64,000 nucleotides of DNA, taken from positions 1,612,001 through 1,676,000 of the forward strand of contig OU015569.1 of NCBI GenBank assembly GCA_907165135.1, read 5' to 3'. Positions 23,330 through 34,968 of the stretch are shown one piece after another. This DNA comes from Oikopleura dioica. Its lineage: Eukaryota; Animalia; Chordata. The position numbers were made by a program, and so were the translations under genes. Below the pieces are notes generated by a model. The model had not been told where the DNA came from, ran no database searches, and worked only from the letters and a program-made list of their open reading frames with translations. Positions within the stretch are counted from its first letter, which is position 1. Each line of letters begins with the position of its first letter.

Positions 23330-26300
23330 GAATTATGATAATGCTCTTTGAACGAGAGAGAGACTTGTGAGCCCGGTCTAGATAGATGTAGAGGAACTTG
23401 AGCGGAACATCAAAGCGGACAGCAGCGGCAGTTGCAAACCGCTCACTCTCAGTCAAGGGGCAAAACCGCTAGCTTTTTTTGCTTAGATAACATAAGGGGG
23501 TCAATATCAAATAAGAATATGCGATGATTTTATCCTTTCCAGATTCGGAAGCGTAGAATGCTCAAATGGCTTCGTGGAGAACTCAGAATGCAAGAATGTC
23601 TGCAAAGAAGGCTATGTTCTCCACAGAAAGTCGCCTGGAAAACGCGTTTGTATTTGTACAAAATGGGGCTGCACATGGCTCAAGAAAACGCCCGCACGAT
23701 GCCAGAGACGGACAAAACGTGGCAGAGTCAAAGCAAACTGGTTAAAAATTTTTTCGATTCCGATTTATTCGGCAAATTTCTTAAAATACACTTTTTAACC
23801 AAAGACAGGCGGCGTGAATCTTCCTTCCTGCGTGCACATTGCCAACGGTGTCAAGGTGAGAGCGGCGTCGATACTAACCAGCGCGTTAAGAGATCTCAAT
23901 TTGCGGATTTAAGCTTTCCGTCTTTTGCTTTTTTTGCTGAGCAGGGATTTACGTGGCTCATCAGATCTCCTGGCGCTGGGATTCGACCGAATATCATTTC
24001 GTTCTTTTATTAGGTTCTTGTTCGTTCCAATCGATGTGTGTGCCCAAGCGGATGGCGAAACAGCGACAGGTGTGCCTCGCCAAACGACGATTGGACCGAG
24101 CCGTGTCGCTTCTCTCACCCAGCTAGTCTCGTTAAATACCGGTAAATCGGAAGATAGCAAACGTAAAAGGGCACCTAACGTGTTCACCCAACTCCTTAAA
24201 AAAGGGCAAGGCAATTTAGATTGGCCGCACCCTCTGCCAAATCTATTTAATTGCTAATTTTGTAGGGAGGAGGAGTTCGGAAACGTCAAAGTGAAACTAG
24301 ACTGCTCGAACACAAGAATATCAACGCCGATTTCGGAGGATGGAAACGAAGAGTCTTTCCAAGGGCCTTTCGTAAAAATGATAGTTCCCGGCCATACGAC
24401 CCAAGTGGACTTCCACAGTTCCGGCCTCACCATTCTCAAGCGAGAGCTTCTTGAAGGTAACGCAATCCAAATCATGAAATAAGCAGTGAGATTCTCTGAA
24501 TTTTAGAGGGCTCGTTTTTTATTTAAATCCCCCTCTTTTTGTCTGTTCTAGCGGAGTAAAAGCTTACTTTCTGATTGTGCAACGTGGCGATTTAGGTTTG
24601 TGTACTTTTCGCGCGGCCGCAAATTTAACGCCCGTGTATCGGATCCGCGAATTTCAGTAGCTCTTAGACTGACCCCATGATTTGGCGCGAGCACGGGCGA
24701 ATTGATTTCACGCTTTTCTATTTATACCCTGCTTTCATCAGATGATGACCATTTCCACTCTGACTCGATTTCGTCATTTTGAGATAATCGCATTTAGGCG
24801 CTTTCCGTCTTCAGACAGCCGACTTCTCCGAAAACTTTCTTAAAAATTTGCCCTTTGACTTATTTGTCAAAAACCAGGAACAGTTCCATCTTCACTAAAA
24901 AACCCTAGAACCCAAGAATCGAAACAATAGGCCCATCGATTGAACTGCCCAAAGATCATCTCGGAAATCAACCTTTCGAAAAATCAGATTCATTCTGTTC
25001 CACCGCGACTCTTCCTTGGACTCAACCAGTTGAAATCGATTGATCTTAGTCACAACCAAATCACTACTCTCAACAAACTTCTATTCAAAGACGCCAATTC
25101 AGTCACACATCTGGATCTTTCTAACAACAGACTTCTCTCAATAACGCGTGTTACGCTGATGAACATGATAAATCTGCAGGTAAATGAAAATAGATCGAAT
25201 ACCAGTGTCGCAAATTTTACTTTGTTTTTGCTCAGCTGGGCTGGTCTGAGAAAAAAATTTTCTTAGCTGAGCTGAGCTGGCCTATCTCGGAGGTAACTGA
25301 GCTGAGCTGAGTTAAGCTGGCCTTTTTCTGAGATCATTGAGCTGAGCTGAGCTGAGCTGAGCAGACTTTTTTTTAAGGTAGTTGAGCTGAGCTGAGCTGA
25401 GCTAATTTTACTGTGTTTTTGGTAGTTAAATTGTGTAAAAATCATTGAGCTGAGCTGAGCTAAGTGATAATTGTCTGAGCTGAGCTGAGCAGAACAGATC
25501 ATGTTTAAAAATATTTGAGCTGAGCTGAGCTGAGCTGAGCTGAGTGAAAGTTGTCTGAGCTGAGTCGAGCACATCAGATCATTTTCAAAAACCACTGAGC
25601 TGAGCTGAGCTCAGCTCACTCAGCTCAGCAAATTTGCTATCTGTCGAATACTATGGTATTACCACGGTGTTAAAATAGCTAGGAAAACGTGGGTTTGCGA
25701 CGTTTACCCCTTCAAGTGAACAGTTGTACCTTGTAAACTTATAGAGCCTGGATCTATCAAGCAACCGGTTCCGCGATCTAAGCCCGCTGAAGTTTGACGG
25801 GAAGCAGTTGGAGAGCATCAAGTTGGACCATAACAACGTGAGTCTTATCAAAACATCTTAGAAGTAGCTAAATGTAAACAACGATGATCCTCTAATGCGA
25901 TCGTTTTCAGCTGGACAAGCTCTCGATGACCATGTTCAAGTATTTGGACAATGTCAAGGAAGGTGCTCTTTAAAATTCAACTCGGAAAAATCGGAACTGT
26001 AAAAAGCACATAAAAGACTTTCTCGGCGCGCGGAAACCGACTGGAAGCAATTCCCTCTTTTATTTCGAACAAGCTTCCTTCTGCCATTGCGATGGATTTC
26101 GGGGAGGGTTGAACTGCAAACGAATACGAAAGAGTAACGGAAAACGAGGAGCACTTATCGTGTCCCCGCTCGAGCGGCTAAAGCTTTCCAAAGCTCTTTT
26201 TCTTGCTTCTCTGAGGCCGCCGCGCGTATCGTAACGTGTATCCTTAATTTTGAATTCATCCGAACCCAAAAAACCCAAAAAAGCGCAAAACAAAATTTCG

Positions 26301-28400
26301 GAGATAAAAGAAGACCAGTTCAAAAACGCGACACGGCTGAAGCGGCTCTTTATGGAAGACAACGCCATCAAGGATATCCCAGAAAGCGCCTTTGGCGAGT
26401 GCGAAACGTTGGTATTCCTTGACTTTCGAAGAAATAGGTTCAAACGCGTCAAGAATGACTGGATCAAGTAAGTGCGAAGATTGGTTAATTCGATCTTCTG
26501 ATATACTTTTTGGCCCCTTCTTCCAAAGTGTGAGGATTTTTGTTATTAGGGGGGGTCTAAAATCATTTGATAAAAATTAGTTTTAGGGGGTCAAATAAAT
26601 AAAATTGATAAAAAATGACCATTTTTGGTGCATTTTCGCGAAAATGGCCCTACTTCGAGTGGATTTTTGACCGATTTTTTCCGGCCAAAATTTTTTCTAC
26701 TTCTCCCTGCCTGATTTTTCAACCCTTTTCTATCCACCAGTTACCTCAGATTTTGCCTATCTCATCTGGTTTTCCCGCATTTTTGGTCACGGAAATCCCG
26801 ATTCTCGTCGACCCCCCCCCTTAATTTGAGGAAAACGCTGATACATATGATAGGTAATATTGTTAGTAAAATATGGTTAGCGTCCTGGACCAGGAAGTTG
26901 TAAATTTTTAGCAAAAGTGGTAGCAAAGTGGTTTAGGCATGAATATTATTCATGAGCCAAATACTAGTAGGAAAATCTTATTAGAAATAAAAACCTTTTT
27001 ATTCTGGTAAGACTCTTATGACAAGTCTGACTTTCTAAGAGCTTGAAAATGACCAGCTAGCAGCAATCGAGCATGTTAGTAGAATGAGCGGACGCGGGCT
27101 TTATCTAACAATAATACTTTCTACGTAATAATTAAGGAAGTGCGCTAATTTGACACACGTGTTCTTCGGCCAGAACGACATCCAGGAAGTGCCGAAAGCC
27201 TTGTTCAACCCGCACGAAAATCTCCGCACCTTCGATCTGAGCAACAATCGCATCAAGAAGCTGCCGGTCGAGTTCGCCGAGGAGAACCAGGAGCGGTGTT
27301 TCTTTTTTCCCAAAATCGTACGATAATCCAAACACGTGGTTTAATTTTGTGATTGAAATTGCTCACCTGAATGAAGGACCTGGCCCACATTTTTCTTCAA
27401 AATAATTTGATCAAACGGCTTCCAACGCACCTTTTCTATGGCTCAGGACAGGGTCCCAAATTAGAAAGAAACTTCTACACTGTAGATTTTATAGATGAAG
27501 CTCATTTTACCAGAAGTTTTCCGCAAGATTTTCGACTACTAAGCTTGTGGCTTCAGGATTGTCGATCAAGATTCCAAAAAGGTGTCCAACTTCATCGATA
27601 AAATTCCAAAACCTGGGCGAAAGATTGACAATCTTGGACCTAATTTTCGAGCTTTTCTTGACTTCTAGTCGAAAATCTTGCGGCTGGTTTTTCGCAAAAA
27701 AATCGTTGAAAGAGTGCAAGAGTACCCAAAGTACAGAGAGGCTCAAGTCAATCGACTTGGCGAATAACCGGTTATTGACAGGTGCGTTGAACGTTTATCG
27801 CTTTTTTTACAAATGTGATTTGTCCGCTTTAGTCGGAAACGTGCTGCCCCGCGACCTCAATATTCGCCCGGATCACGTCAACCTCATCAATCTATCCAGG
27901 AACAAGAACGTCGGCGAGGAGCTCAACAAGGCAAGATTATGTCATTTTGGCTGGAGCTGACTAAAACATGAATTCTAGCGCTGGGCCGGCTACGACTCCT
28001 GGCACTACAAGAGCGGCGCCGTGTTGCATCCCGTCGAAGACCCCATGACCGCTTTCGAGAACGCACTCAAGGAGTCCAGTCACCACTTACGGTAGAGCGG
28101 CTTCTCTTATCGCTCGAGTTCATTAAATTGACGCTTCAGATCGCTAAATCCCACTGGTGGCCTCGTTGAGCGCTTCGGCTTTACGCCTTTCGAAGACGAC
28201 CAGGTAAATCACAAATTTACACGCTCTAAACTAAAATATAAACGCATGCATTCGTACGGGGATGAGCGTCGATTAGACCGACGAAATTTCTGACGAATAA
28301 TTTTTAGGAAGAAGCTGGAGCTCTTGGACTTCGTCGCGCGCTCGACAATCTTTCTGGCACTTCGTTCGGAAGCTCCGCGCTGCCGGAGAACGAGCTCTAG
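23330..28400 (+). CDS. Leucine-rich-repeat protein preceded by sushi-like and EGF-like exons (may be more than one gene)
   Basis: VECSNGFVENSECKNVCKEGY...CICTKWGCTW; RCVCPSGW; many LxxLxLxxNxI repeats (LKSIDLSHNQI, LKRLFMEDNAI, LRTFDLSNNRI); last exon ends ...LPENEL* at 28400. Confidence 0.75.
25203..25643. mobile_element. hAT-type MITE family 1 in an LRR-gene intron
   Basis: Perfect 8-bp TSD TCGAATAC; CAGTGTCGCAAATTT / AAATTTGCTATCTG ends; (GAGCT)n arrays. Confidence 0.9.
26549..26820. mobile_element. PIF/Harbinger (Tourist)-like MITE in an LRR-gene intron
   Basis: GGGGGGGTC ... GACCCCCCCCC ends flanked by TTA on both sides. Confidence 0.65.
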
Positions 28401-28960
28401 CGAATCTGTCCTTTCGTTATCGCCTTCCCTTGCTTTCTTTCTTTCTGACCTTCTAATTGTTCATCGCGCCACTCAGCTGGACTTATCTTGCCCCTCTTGC
28501 GGCGCGTCTGCATGAATACGCAATAAACATGCCACGACAGACAACAAACCACTTTTACGAATATCTTTTCATCTTCTTCCTTTTTGGAAATGCTTCCTGT
28601 CAGAAAAAGTCTCCATGATGACTCGATCATCCTTTTTCGGCAGTTTCAAAAACCTAGTCATAGGCTGCTGGGCTCAGCAACCTGTGTAGAAAGCCTGAGT
28701 CAGGGTCTGAAAGAGCTGAAAGAGCAGCGGCTTTTTTAAAAACGAAGCCGCGAAGCGGCTTCGCCAAAATTTTTGATAGATTGTAATGGTAGTATTAGCG
28801 AAGTCGCTTCGCGGCTTCGTTTTTAAAGAAGCCGCTGCGCGGTTTTTAATTTCAGCTTTTTCGGACCCTGACTCAGGCTTTCTACACAGGTTGCCGAGCC
28901 CAGATAGGCTGGGCAGAGTAGGAGAATACTTACTCTTTGCGAGTTCTTTTTTTTTCTTTG
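28397..28960 (-). CDS. 3' exons of a small basic protein gene convergent with the LRR gene
   Basis: In-frame join KKKKELAK/RSISKKEEDEKIF/TRRKRGKISPAEWRDEQLEGQKERKQGKAITKGQIR* across GT-AG introns. Confidence 0.45.
28668..28903. mobile_element. hAT-type MITE family 2, intronic
   Basis: TIR CTGGGCTCAGCAACCTG / CAGGTTGCCGAGCCCAG; perfect 8-bp TSD ATAGGCTG. Confidence 0.92.
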
Positions 28961-29427
28961 CTGAAAGTTCACAGAAAAAAAAATCTGAAAATTGAGAGTT
29001 GAGTTATTAACTAGGCTAAATGGAGGGATTTTTTATGAGGTGAAAATTGCTGAAATGGGCCATCGAGATGATATAATAACTTGCGCTGGAATCTCTAATT
29101 AGAGAAACGAAGAAAAAAAGAAGTGGAAATGAAAAGAAGGATTGAAGTCTTTGAATCAGAAACTTTGCAAAAGGTAGGTAAAGTCGTTAAATTAATTTTT
29201 TTTCACGATACAGATCCCGAAAATATATTTGATAATTAGTTTTATGCATTTGACGGAGGTGTTTTTAGATGCAGTAAAATAAAAATAGGGAAGTTAGGAC
29301 TTGATCTAACGCTGGTAACGCATGCTTTCAGCACCTGTGCTTGATGCTCTGCGTCATTTTTAATGACCATTCTAGAATTAGCAAATTAATTAAAGAAAAT
29401 TGCAACTTGTCCCTTTTATTTAATTTT

Positions 29428-32400
29428 ATGAGAAGTCCGAGAGCCAGAAGAGCGGCAGTTCTTTCCGGCGAGGAGCTAGAGCTCGACCATGCGGAGAAAT
29501 TTAGAATTCACAGGACAGAGGCAAGCTTTTTCTTTTCAATAATTTTTTCAATCGCTAAAATGTTATAATTAAATATTTTAAGACAATGCGCGAATTCGCA
29601 TCGCGAAAACAGCACTTCGTGATTCTCAACTGCTCCGGCCAAAAATTCAGAATCGCTCGATTTCTTTTGGATAAGGATTGCCTCCGAAATCATCAACTTA
29701 CCATAATTACTTCCAATGAAAGAAAGTAGTGAATCCAAGAGTAGTACCCCAACACGCTTCTGGGCACGGAAGAAAAACGTGCTCCTTTTTGGTTAGAAGA
29801 AGGTAAAAATCGGAAACTGCGGTCGATAGTCTTAGTTTTAGATAATGAATTCTTCCTCGACCGTCATTACTCTGCCAATGGGCTTCCAAACACGTTTTCT
29901 TCGCCGCAGATAGCGCCTCTTTCTTACTTAGCCGCGCAATTAAAACACAGTAGTACTGTAGTCGAAAACGGCGACAGTAGTAGGTAGCCCTGTTTGAGCA
30001 TTCCGCGCGATTTTCGACTTCTATAGAACTGGGAAGCTGCGGCGACCGTTGGATATCCCTCTCAATATTTTTATACAAGAAGTTCAATATTTTGAGGTGC
30101 GACTCGCTAATATTTCCACTTGAGCTTGTTTAGCTCCACAAAGAGATTATTGGACAAGAATACCTCGAACTGCCATCTGAAAAGCTTCTCGACGCGACTG
30201 TGAGGAGCTACGAGCTCAATTATGATGGGATCAAGTCGTACATCAGGGACATCGTGGAACAGGATACAGACAGGAATACAGTTACGCAATCAAATGACAA
30301 GAATGACTACAAAAATCTGAGACTTGATATCGATAACCGAGCTCCAAAAAAGTCGGTAATACTTCGAAAGTTGTTCCCAAGATTGTCCATTTTTAGATGC
30401 TCTGTGCTTTCATTGGCCGATAGTTCTTTGTTATTATGTAATCCGAAAATCGAAAATCTTGGACTCAAATTCCGAAGCCTTATCGACAAATTTAGACCCC
30501 CCTCTTCAATATTTGACCAAGAATGTCGGTGTCTAGTGGACATTGCGTTGAAAGAGATAGTGTCACTATCACAGTTAGTCGTTTTGCGTAACTTGTAATG
30601 AGCTGGCCGGCGAAAATTTTCTTCTTCATGCAAATGAGCTTCATCCTGATTTCAGTCGGGAACTTTGTGCTCGCAACGCTACCGCAGTATCGCGACGACT
30701 CAGCTTTGAACACTCTGCCGATTCCGAGTCCGGACTCTAAGCAGTTTCCCTTCTTTGTCGTGGAGATTTTCTGCATTCTATATTTTGTTCTCGAGGTGAG
30801 ATGCTTTGCGCACGTGGTCTGATTGAGCACAAAAAGAGCACTTTTCAATTTCGTGGCTTACGTATTCTTTTCAGCTTCTAATTCGATTTTGGGTAGCGCT
30901 CTCGCCTGCCGAGTTCTTTGCCGACATTTTGTAAAAGCTTTCGAAAAAAATAATCTCAATTTAGAAAAATTATTTTTAAATTTCAAATATAAAAGTTGCA
31001 GCTATGAGTTGCAAATTTGCTGAGCTGAGAAAGCTGAGCTGGCTGAGTGAAAATTTCTCTGAGCTGAGCTGAGCTGGCCTATCCCGGAGGTAACTGAGCT
31101 GAGCTGAGCTGGAGTTTTTCTGAGATCATTGAGCTGAACTGAGCTCAGCAGACATTTTTTTAAAGTAGTTGGGCTCAGCTGAGCTGAGCAGACCCTAATT
31201 TGAGCTGAGCTGAGCTGGTTGAGCTGTGTTTTTAGTAGTAAATTTGTCATTGAGCTGAGCTAAGTGATAATTCGCTGAGCTGAGCTGAGCAGATCAGATC
31301 AGATCATTTTCAGAAACGACTGAGAAAAACTCCAGCTCAGCTCAGCTCAGCTCAGCTCAGCTCAGTTACCTCCGGGATAGGCCAGCTCAGCTCAGCTCAG
31401 AGAAATTTTCCCTCGGGCCAGCTCAGCTCAGCAAAAATAAAGTAAAATTTGCAACTCTGCAGCTCTGCAATAAAAACGTCATAAAAGCACTTTAGAAAGC
31501 CTTTTACTAGAACCAGATCGATATACTAGCAATTGTGCCATTCTTCACTGATGTTCTTCTGTCACTTGGCTTCAAAAATAACTACCTTTGCATTTGGTGG
31601 AGCGCCTCAATTACAGTGGCTCTAAGAGCATCTAAGAATTTCACCAAACATTGGGAATCACGTGCATAATTTCTCAAAGACTCTGAGGTTTTGATTTCGC
31701 GCGCCAAATCGACCAGAGAGATGAAATTCTTGAGCGTAATAATAGGTTGAACTCGGAGATTAGGAATGACGGAATTTTGTCAAATACAGCGCCAGGAAAT
31801 TGCTGATTTAGGGGAGACACGCAAAAATCTAATTGATGAAGTAACGAGCAATATTTTTTATAACAGAAAAGGATGTTCTAAAAGAGCTGGGTTTAGAGAA
31901 GCCAGGAGAGTAGACTTTTTACGAGATAAGTGGCCACGAAGCGAAATACAGCTTGGTGCTTGTCTTCCGAATCATCCGCGTCTTCAGAATTATTCGCGTC
32001 CTCAAACTACTGCGGTAAGGAACTACATCGTTTCTGATCATATTTCTAATAGACATAACTTTTGCCTCCTCGCGCTCGTCAAAACCTTCAAATACGCTGG
32101 TGCTGATTTGGCCTACGTCAATATCTTCATTTTTGGTGAGTCAAAAAAACACAAAATTAGATAATTTTAAAAATTCAAACGTTTAGTTTTTGGTACGCTT
32201 TTTGCAAGTTTAGAATGGTTTCTTGAGGAAAGGCTTCAGCAGAAAAAAAGAAATAGGGGATAAACACGAATTGCTTTAAAATTTAAAAAAATTGAAATTG
32301 CGAGAAAGCCGCTGCAGGACCACACGGACAGCGAGAATAAATTCCGCTCCATCCCAGATGGCATTTGGTGGGCCATCATCACCATGACCACCGTCGGCTA

Positions 32401-32770
32401 CGGAGACATGTCCCCCTCTTCCACGGCAGGCAAATGCGTTGGTTTTGTTACGGTTACATAAAACGCTTTCGGTTCTGTTCAGCAGCGCTCTTTTCAAATG
32501 TCTTTTTCTCTTATGTAACCATCAACAGCTTGTGCTCTGGTTGGACTGCTATGCATTGCGTTGCCGATTCCCGGTTTCATCGCTAAGTTCCAGATGCTTT
32601 ACGAATACGAAAGCTCAAATCTTCGCGGGCGGCGAGAGTTCACCAAGAGAGTTAAGAAGCTGTCGATTCTGGACGACAGGCAAAGCATCATTCATGCCAA
32701 GAAAGAAGATCACGCGCGTTATCTCATTCAAGAGTATCTCTTCTCTCGGGCGGATATTAAACAGACCTGA
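29428..32770 (+). CDS. Voltage-gated potassium channel alpha subunit (Kv)
   Basis: T1 domain [11 protein letters not shown]...YPNTLLG...EFFLDRH...[16 protein letters not shown]; S4 [17 protein letters not shown]; pore [17 protein letters not shown]; S6 ALPIP. The start codon is tentative. Confidence 0.9.
31004..31459. mobile_element. hAT-type MITE family 1 in a Kv-gene intron
   Basis: GAGTTGCAAATTTG / AAATTTGCAACTCTG ends and (GAGCT)n arrays; TSD degenerate. Confidence 0.85.
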
Positions 32771-33421
32771 CTGCTTTTCACCTTTTTATAATAAAAATGT
32801 ACGTATGAAGCGTTCTTTCAATCAAAGCCTTCTATTGTTTTTGAGTTGATAGCATCGAGTTCGTGGAAAATTGCAATGTCAGCTCTAAGCAGAAACATTC
32901 AAAGGAGCGTTTAATCGACGAATAATATTTACGTTTGCCTGATCGTTTTTTTTCCATTACGATCCATTCTCTCTCATGGCCATCGCGCAATAAATGCCTT
33001 CCGAAATAAGCCACTTATAAGGGGCCTATGATTATGACGAGTTCTTTTTATTCAAAATACACAATAGACGCCTGGCAAAATAGTACTTCGCTGCGTAATC
33101 ATACCCTCGCAGCAAAATTACTGTTCGACCAAAAAAAGATATCTTTTTTTACGTAACAAGCGTTATCAGCAAATATGAAAATGCGCATCACACAGCTGGT
33201 GATTTTACTATTTTGGAAACACTATTTGATCGTTGACCTGATTCAATACCGGTAGGGGGGAGCAGCTGTTGGCGTTTGTCAGATGATTTGACCGGATAAC
33301 CCATTTCCAACTCCTTATAAGGAGCTCTGATCGAGCAGAAGCATTCAATTCTAAATTAGCGTTTTCAACAAAAAACAAAGAGTATATTTTTTATTCGATT
33401 TTCTCTCAACGTTTTAATTCC

Positions 33422-33736
33422 ATGGACAACCAAATGGATGACCAAGATATTTGCGGTCTTGCCGCTGCTATCACTTTGTTGGTGCTGCTGGTTTTGTATG
33501 TGTTCTGTAAATTGTTCGTCTGTGGTTGCGAATTTGTTGCTGTGACTCCGTTCAAAATTGCAAAATGGATCTTCAAGACGATGGCTATGAATCCCTACGA
33601 AAACTACAAGAAGAATCGAGGCGGAGAGACAAGTGAATACAACCCAACGGATCTTGAATTAGGCTATCCTGCTGAAACTCAGATCCTCGACGAATCACTG
33701 GACACATTCAACTTGAATGATTCAAGCAATAGATGA
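33422..33736 (+). CDS. Small single-exon protein with one predicted transmembrane segment
   Basis: 104-aa ORF with hydrophobic GLAAAITLLVLLVLYVFCKLFVC and an acidic tail; AT-rich flanks. Confidence 0.55.
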   Translation: MDNQMDDQDICGLAAAITLLVLLVLYVFCKLFVCGCEFVAVTPFKIAKWIFKTMAMNPYENYKKNRGGETSEYNPTDLELGYPAETQILDESLDTFNLNDSSNR

Positions 33737-34429
33737 ATCTGAAGAAGAAAAAGAAAATGATGATCAACCGTTGATCATCCAATTCTCAAATTTAATAATT
33801 TGAAAATTTGTAAATGTTTCTAACTCTTCGAGTCTTCACTTTTCTTCTGTTTCTCTTTTCCTAGCATTCTTTTTAGATCTATTTTATTGAGCTTATCATA
33901 AATATTATAACTAGGAAAATTAATTATGACAAATTATAACTTGAGACTTCAATATAACAATTACTTCTGTTAAACTGTGTTTAAATAAAATTGATTTCGA
34001 AATTTCATGTTGCGATTGATAGTCACTTTGGAAAATTTGTAAATGCCTGAGTTTCTAATTCGAGTCTTCACTTTTCTTCTGCTTGTTTTTGCTCTTCGGC
34101 CGTGGAAGTCTTCGACTTGTTTTCACAGGACTAATTGCTCCTCTCGACAGCTCTTTACGTTTCTTTTCTAAACTTGTGCAGATCAACCAAATTCCCCGCA
34201 TAAAACTCCTGCGGCCATGCATACATGTGTTATTGCATTAGCAGGCTATTTATGAATCAGTCCGGAAGCGGAAATAATCCAGCTTGAAATATTTATCGAA
34301 TGTTTATGCGCCCGCTTGCATGTTGCTAGACTCGTTTCTGTCAAAAATTAACACACAGATATGCACAAACATAATTTATCCTGCTTTTTGGAGCATTTTA
34401 TAATTTCGCAAACTTGTAAAAAAAATCTA

Positions 34430-34699
34430 AAAAATTTTTCGCTTCGCTTCGCTTTCGAAATTTTGATTTGCTTCGTTTCGCTTTCGCTTTAAATTAAAGA
34501 AAAATTCGCTTCGCTTCGCTTTCGCTTTAAAATAAAGAAAAATTCGCTTCGCTTCGCTTTCGCTTTCGAAATTTTTCGCTTCGTTTCGCTTTCGCTTTAA
34601 ATTAAAAAAAAATCGCTTCGCTTCGGTTCGCTTCGCTTTCGAAATTTTTAAAAAATTTTCGCTTTCGCTTTTCATTTTTGGCCAAAATCCAGAGCCCTG
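34430..34699. repeat. (TTCGC)n-based composite repeat, probably a truncated MITE
   Basis: TTCGCTTCGCTTTCGCTTT units separated by A-tracts; ends in CCAGAGCCCTG, a hAT-like terminus present on one side only. Confidence 0.75.
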
Positions 34700-34968
34700 T
34701 ATGGGTAATTTTCGAGTCTCGAGGACAATTTTAATGGCTCATTTATCTACTAAGTAACTGATTCTCAAAAAAATTATATGCACGTAAAAATACTTCAAAC
34801 AATATAATATCAATCGACACGTCCTTGTAGGGGTTATGAACTCGGTCCGTGACAAAGTGACCCGAAAAGTGTTTTTGAACAAAAACGTTTTTTTTTCGAG
34901 CAGGGTCGATTAGAATCACTTTCCCGGGAAGTCGCCTTTTCTGTTTACAATTTTTTGTTGGAGAGAAA

